Virus record (IMG/VR): IMGVR_UViG_3300005573_001279
Coordinates: 1-31,130 of that record
Reading direction: 5' to 3' (one strand)
Source: a virus
Taxonomy: Duplodnaviria > Caudoviricetes
DNA length: 31,130 bases
Positions 27,407 to 31,130 of this stretch are shown piece by piece; position 1 is the stretch's first letter; every line of letters begins with the position of its first letter. The notes beneath the pieces were generated by a model. The model saw only the letters and a program-made list of their open reading frames with translations. It ran no database searches and had not been told where the DNA came from. The position numbers and the translations under genes are program-made.

Positions 27407-28165
27407 ATGCCAAGTGTAGAATGGATTAAACAAAATTATCCTGGTTATGCAGGATGGAATGACCCCGCTGCTATACAAGCCGATTTTGCAGCAACTGGTG
27501 GAGTGGGTAAAGAACCACGTGGCGAATCTACATCTTCCAGTTCTTTTTCAGTAGATTCTATTCTTTCAAATGCAATAAATTCTGTTACTGGTATGATTAA
27601 AGAACCACCGAAACCATATGAGGAAGCGAATCCTTTTTTCTTCGATGAACAGCTCGCAAGACAATCAGCAACGGCTCAATATGCACCATATTATGATGAA
27701 ACCCTTTCAGACTACATTGCCACAGTAGAAAGAACAAAGAGTAGAAGTCAGGAAGATTTGCGCAAAATAATGGATTATTTGTCTGCTAGTAAAGAATATT
27801 TCGTGGGTGCCGAAAGAAGACTGCTTGATAAAGCAATTAGGCAAGCCAATGAAGGGTATGCTGGGGCTGGTTTGTTCTTTAGTGGTGCCAGACAAAGAGA
27901 TATTAAAGAATTAAAGGAAGAATCTGGAGCCAAGTTGGGTGAATATGAACTTGGTTATAAGTATAACATAGGAAAAGCACAAACAACTGCAGAAAGAACT
28001 TTAGAAGATATTGAGACAGAAAAGGAACAAAAGCAAAGAGACATTGAAAGAGAAAAAAAGTTTGCTATTGAAAGCGGTGTATTGCAAAGAAAATCAGAAG
28101 CACAAGAAGAATATGAAGCTGGAAGAAAAAAGTATTATGAGGACTATTTGTATGGCATAGTATAA
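27407..28165 (+). CDS. Probable internal virion (ejection) protein
   Basis: Helical/coiled coil with GLFFSGAR motif; position after the nozzle as in podoviruses. Confidence 0.6.
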   Translation: MPSVEWIKQNYPGYAGWNDPAAIQADFAATGGVGKEPRGESTSSSSFSVDSILSNAINSVTGMIKEPPKPYEEANPFFFDEQLARQSATAQYAPYYDETLSDYIATVERTKSRSQEDLRKIMDYLSASKEYFVGAERRLLDKAIRQANEGYAGAGLFFSGARQRDIKELKEESGAKLGEYELGYKYNIGKAQTTAERTLEDIETEKEQKQRDIEREKKFAIESGVLQRKSEAQEEYEAGRKKYYEDYLYGIV

Positions 28166-28174
28166 AATAAAAAT

Positions 28175-28969
28175 ATGGGAGACCTAACTTCTTACTACAA
28201 CGACCCAAATTTACAGAAAGCGGCTGGAGAGGCAGAAACAGCTGGAACCCAAGCTGCTGCTTATTTAAGTGCAGCATCTCTTCTGCCTCAAAAGTTAAGA
28301 GAGGCTATTCAGGAAAAATTGGACTATAACAGAGACCTTATAGAACAAAAGAACAAAGCAATGTCTGAGTACTTTCAGGCCCCATCTGCGGCAAGAGCAA
28401 AATATGGTAGCCCTGAATCATCTCAATACATATTTAATCCAATGCAACAAGAAGCTCTTGTGGCAAAAGAAAAAGCAATGGCATACCAGCCTTATGCTAA
28501 CTTGGTTGATATCCTTGGTGAAAGAAAAGGAACATTAGCGGATATTCTTCAGGCTGGCACACAAGCATTTCAAGCAGATGTTACAGCAAAACAAACAGCC
28601 TCTGAACTTGCACAACAGAAATACAAGGATTTATTAGAGCTTGCACAGCTTAAGGCCGATGCGGCTTACAAAGCGGAGTCTCTTAAGAAAGGCTCTAGTT
28701 CTGGTTTTGAAGACATGTATTTGGAAGCGAAAAGACTAGGACTTCTTGACGATACTACAAATACTCAGGCAAATGAGCCACAAGAACCAATGCCAAATTA
28801 TTCTCCAGCTTCTGGTAAGGGGACTCTCTCTCCAAGGGGAGAATGGATTTATACAGGAAACGGCCCACTTGGATGGGAACCAAGCGGTTTTGTCTCGGAA
28901 ACTGGTGGTGAAATTAGTAATACTGTAACTGGAGGCAAAAAGCCATCGTTAGAGGAAATTCCGTGGTAA
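28175..28969 (+). CDS. Probable internal virion (ejection) protein
   Basis: A/Q/E-rich helical sequence; synteny. Confidence 0.55.
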   Translation: MGDLTSYYNDPNLQKAAGEAETAGTQAAAYLSAASLLPQKLREAIQEKLDYNRDLIEQKNKAMSEYFQAPSAARAKYGSPESSQYIFNPMQQEALVAKEKAMAYQPYANLVDILGERKGTLADILQAGTQAFQADVTAKQTASELAQQKYKDLLELAQLKADAAYKAESLKKGSSSGFEDMYLEAKRLGLLDDTTNTQANEPQEPMPNYSPASGKGTLSPRGEWIYTGNGPLGWEPSGFVSETGGEISNTVTGGKKPSLEEIPW

Positions 28970-28978
28970 AATTAAATT

Positions 28979-29674
28979 ATGGACGACAGAATCAGAGTTA
29001 GAATAAAAAGTACAGGAGCGGTAGGGACAATACCGAGAAGCAAGTATGACCCCAACATCTATGAGGAGGTTGGAGGCAGTCTTCCTGCTGTTCCAGAAAC
29101 CCAAACAACACAATCACCAGAAACCAATACAAGTCAAATTCAACCAAATGCTGGTACAACACAGGGGCTTGATTTAAATAAAATACACATTCTTCTTGGC
29201 TTGCTGGCTGCTGGCAAGGGGCAATATGGAACAGCTTCTGCGATTTTTGCCAGAACAAAGGAATCTGCTGCCGAAGTTGCAAAAAAGCAACAAGTAGAAC
29301 AAGCCAAAAGTGTAAGCAAGCAATTAGACTCTCTAATTAAAGACTGGGACAAAATGAAGTGGTATGAGAGACTCCCGTTGCCAGGAATTGCAAGGATTTC
29401 TCCACAAAGGACAAAATATGAAACTCTCAAGGGTCTTTATAATACACAACTCATTCTTCTGTGGGAAGACAAAAGAATAACTGATGCTCAGAGAAAATTG
29501 TTTGAGGCATTTTTTCCCGACCCGCTAATGTCAAAAACCGCAGCCAGGGCAAGAATAGAAGCTATAAAGGAAATTATTAACAATTATGCTCAAGTTGTAT
29601 CTCCCTATAAATATCAAAACCAGCCGCAGACAACTGACTTAAATACTTTACTGGATTATTTAAACGAAAAATAA
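28979..29674 (+). CDS. Probable internal virion (ejection) protein
   Basis: Helical with a short hydrophobic segment (ILLGLLAAG); synteny. Confidence 0.5.
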   Translation: MDDRIRVRIKSTGAVGTIPRSKYDPNIYEEVGGSLPAVPETQTTQSPETNTSQIQPNAGTTQGLDLNKIHILLGLLAAGKGQYGTASAIFARTKESAAEVAKKQQVEQAKSVSKQLDSLIKDWDKMKWYERLPLPGIARISPQRTKYETLKGLYNTQLILLWEDKRITDAQRKLFEAFFPDPLMSKTAARARIEAIKEIINNYAQVVSPYKYQNQPQTTDLNTLLDYLNEK

Positions 29675-29675
29675 T

Positions 29676-30587
29676 ATGGACGATATAGAAATAAGAGACG
29701 AGACTTTTAGACAACAAGCATTAAAGTATGGTTACTCTCCAGAAGAGATAGACTTTGAGTTGAAAAAGAGGCATGCAGCTATGTCAACAGCTCAAAAAGT
29801 TGCTTACCATATTGCAAAAGCTGCCCCAGCAGTAATGGGAACAGCCACTTCGTTTGCTGGTTTTGCACTTGGAAATCTGCCGGGCATGGCATTAGGAGGA
29901 TTTTCTGGAGTAGCAGCGGGTGAGGCGGTAGAAGATATGATATTAAGACTTTCTGGAATCAGAACGCCACAGACAAAACCCACAACAGATGCCATTTTAC
30001 AAGCAACAATAGATGGCCTGATAAGTGCTGCTGCTAATGTTGGAATAGGCTTGACTGGAAAAGCAATAGGAACTGGAGCTGGTCTGTTATCAGGCAAAAT
30101 GTCAACTAAAATTGGAGCGAAACTTGGAGCACAAAGAGCTGGAGTAGAATTGCCAAGAGAGATGGTAGAAAAAGATTTGGCACAAGCACTCCAAAAAAGT
30201 CACCAATATAGAATGGCAGATTCAGAAATGCAAGCAAAAATGCTTGATAAGCTAAAAACAATGCTTGACATTTCAACTAAAGGTGAAAACGTAAATCTTC
30301 AGGAACTTTATCAGAGTTTGAATGGATTGAGAGGAACAACGAGTCCTGGTGTCTACAATGTTTTGCACGGAAGTCAAGGAAATCCTGGTGTTATAAAAAC
30401 AGTTCTCAACCAATATCAGCCATCAAATATAGCGGGAACAGCAAAGTTATATTCTACAACACGTTCAGCAGAAAAATTTTTGAGACAGTCAAAAAACTCT
30501 CTCGCAAGGTCACTCCCCTGGATTTTAGGTGGAGGCTGGCTAGCAGGAAAAGTTAAGAAAACATTGGGTGAGAGTTTTGGTCCTTAA
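29676..30587 (+). CDS. Probable ejection/DNA-transfer protein with Gly/Ala hydrophobic helices
   Basis: GxxxG-rich segment (GTATSFAGFALGNLPGMALGGFSGVAAG); last gene of the + operon. Confidence 0.55.
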   Translation: MDDIEIRDETFRQQALKYGYSPEEIDFELKKRHAAMSTAQKVAYHIAKAAPAVMGTATSFAGFALGNLPGMALGGFSGVAAGEAVEDMILRLSGIRTPQTKPTTDAILQATIDGLISAAANVGIGLTGKAIGTGAGLLSGKMSTKIGAKLGAQRAGVELPREMVEKDLAQALQKSHQYRMADSEMQAKMLDKLKTMLDISTKGENVNLQELYQSLNGLRGTTSPGVYNVLHGSQGNPGVIKTVLNQYQPSNIAGTAKLYSTTRSAEKFLRQSKNSLARSLPWILGGGWLAGKVKKTLGESFGP

Positions 30588-30727
30588 TCTCTAGGAAATA
30601 ATAAAGACGACAACAAAAATCCAATAAAAACCACAACAAACAATTCAAATGCTGCCCAGATATCTATAAACGCAGAAAGAATTATTATTAAAACCGTGAT
30701 TAGAAATATTCTTGTTAGGAGATTCAT
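30584..30727 (-). CDS. 47-aa two-helix membrane protein (MNLLTRIFLITVLIIILSAFIDIWAAFELFVVVFIGFLLSSLLFPRD)
   Basis: Hand-translated. Has its own promoter; its stop overlaps the convergent + gene stop in TTAA at 30584-30587. Confidence 0.75.
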   Translation of the reverse strand: MNLLTRIFLITVLIIILSAFIDIWAAFELFVVVFIGFLLSSLLFPRD

Positions 30728-30733
30728 ACTATG

Positions 30734-30762
30734 ATGATAACTCATTATTTTTTATTTGTCAA
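30734..30762 (-). promoter_or_regulatory. Sigma70-type promoter TTGACA-N17-TATCAT, leaderless start at 30727
   Basis: The - strand reads TTGACA AATAAAAAATAATGAGT TATCAT CATAGT ATG. Confidence 0.75.
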
Positions 30763-30771
30763 GAGGGAATC

Positions 30772-31130
30772 TTATCTCACCCATCTAATTGCATCTTCTA
30801 GGTGCTTATAGCCAATAAACTTGTGTTCATAAGGGAAGAAAACTATTGCGTGTCCGGGTTGTCCACCTCTACCTCCTATCCCGTGTTGGCGTGCCCATCT
30901 ATCATCTTGCTTATAAGTTCCACCAATAGAGATGAGCCTTTCTTTACCACCCCGTTCCCAAGTCAACAATTCTGACTGGTGGGTATGCCCAAGCAAAACC
31001 ACTTCTGCTTCGGGATATTCGTGTTCCCAAAACCTCTTCCCCATATTTGTTGGGTTGAGCTTTGAATTGTGAACAACTGCACCATTTGTTAAACAAAACA
31101 ATTCCCCCTCAACTTCTATGTCAAAAAGTG
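30772..31130 (-). CDS. C-terminal part of a calcineurin-like metallophosphoesterase, intein-containing, 5'-truncated by window edge
   Basis: Frame is open to the window end; VVLLGHTH motif V, followed by GGTYK..D.W and PG...VF. Confidence 0.75.
   Translation of the reverse strand, partial: LFDIEVEGELFCLTNGAVVHNSKLNPTNMGKRFWEHEYPEAEVVLLGHTHQSELLTWERGGKERLISIGGTYKQDDRWARQHGIGGRGGQPGHAIVFFPYEHKFIGYKHLEDAIRWVR
31066..31130 (-). mobile_element. Intein C-terminal splicing region (blocks F and G)
   Basis: Translation LFDIEVEGELFCLTNGAVVHN followed by Ser at 31065-31063. Confidence 0.85.

Noticed and set aside
1901-30097. Numerous short antisense and nested ORFs in the track
   Set aside because: They lie within well-supported + strand genes and show no motifs.
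1-31130. Stop-codon reassignment, tRNA genes, integrase or tape-measure gene
   Set aside because: Genes are full length in the standard code with TAA, TGA and TAG all used as stops; no cloverleaf, recombinase or long tape-measure ORF was recognised by eye.

Overview
AT-rich segment of a tailed dsDNA phage (Caudoviricetes) covering essentially the whole virion-morphogenesis operon on the + strand. The order is: terminase small subunit, ~520 bp non-coding gap, terminase large subunit, P22-like portal, GH19-type muramidase with LysM, scaffold, decoration protein, major capsid, fibre/spike/adhesin genes, head-tail adaptor, beta-propeller tail nozzle and four probable ejection proteins. No tape-measure, tube or sheath genes are recognisable, so a podovirus-like virion is likely. 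The striking feature is a 10-gene glycan-synthesis cassette (2 GT4, 3 GT2, a UDP-sugar dehydrogenase, 3 SAM methyltransferases and a CE4-type deacetylase) inserted between the head and tail genes. It is flanked by four structural-region proteins carrying near-pure Ser/Thr tracts (about 84, 44, 352 and 21 residues), which suggests a phage-encoded, mucin-like O-glycosylated virion coat. Other observations: an intein C-terminus in a metallophosphoesterase at the right edge, sigma70-like promoters placed for leaderless translation, a poly-G-dependent gene fusion, a near-identical beta-helix repeat array, and several small ORFs missed by the ORF track. All product calls come from motif recognition and gene order; no database searches were run.
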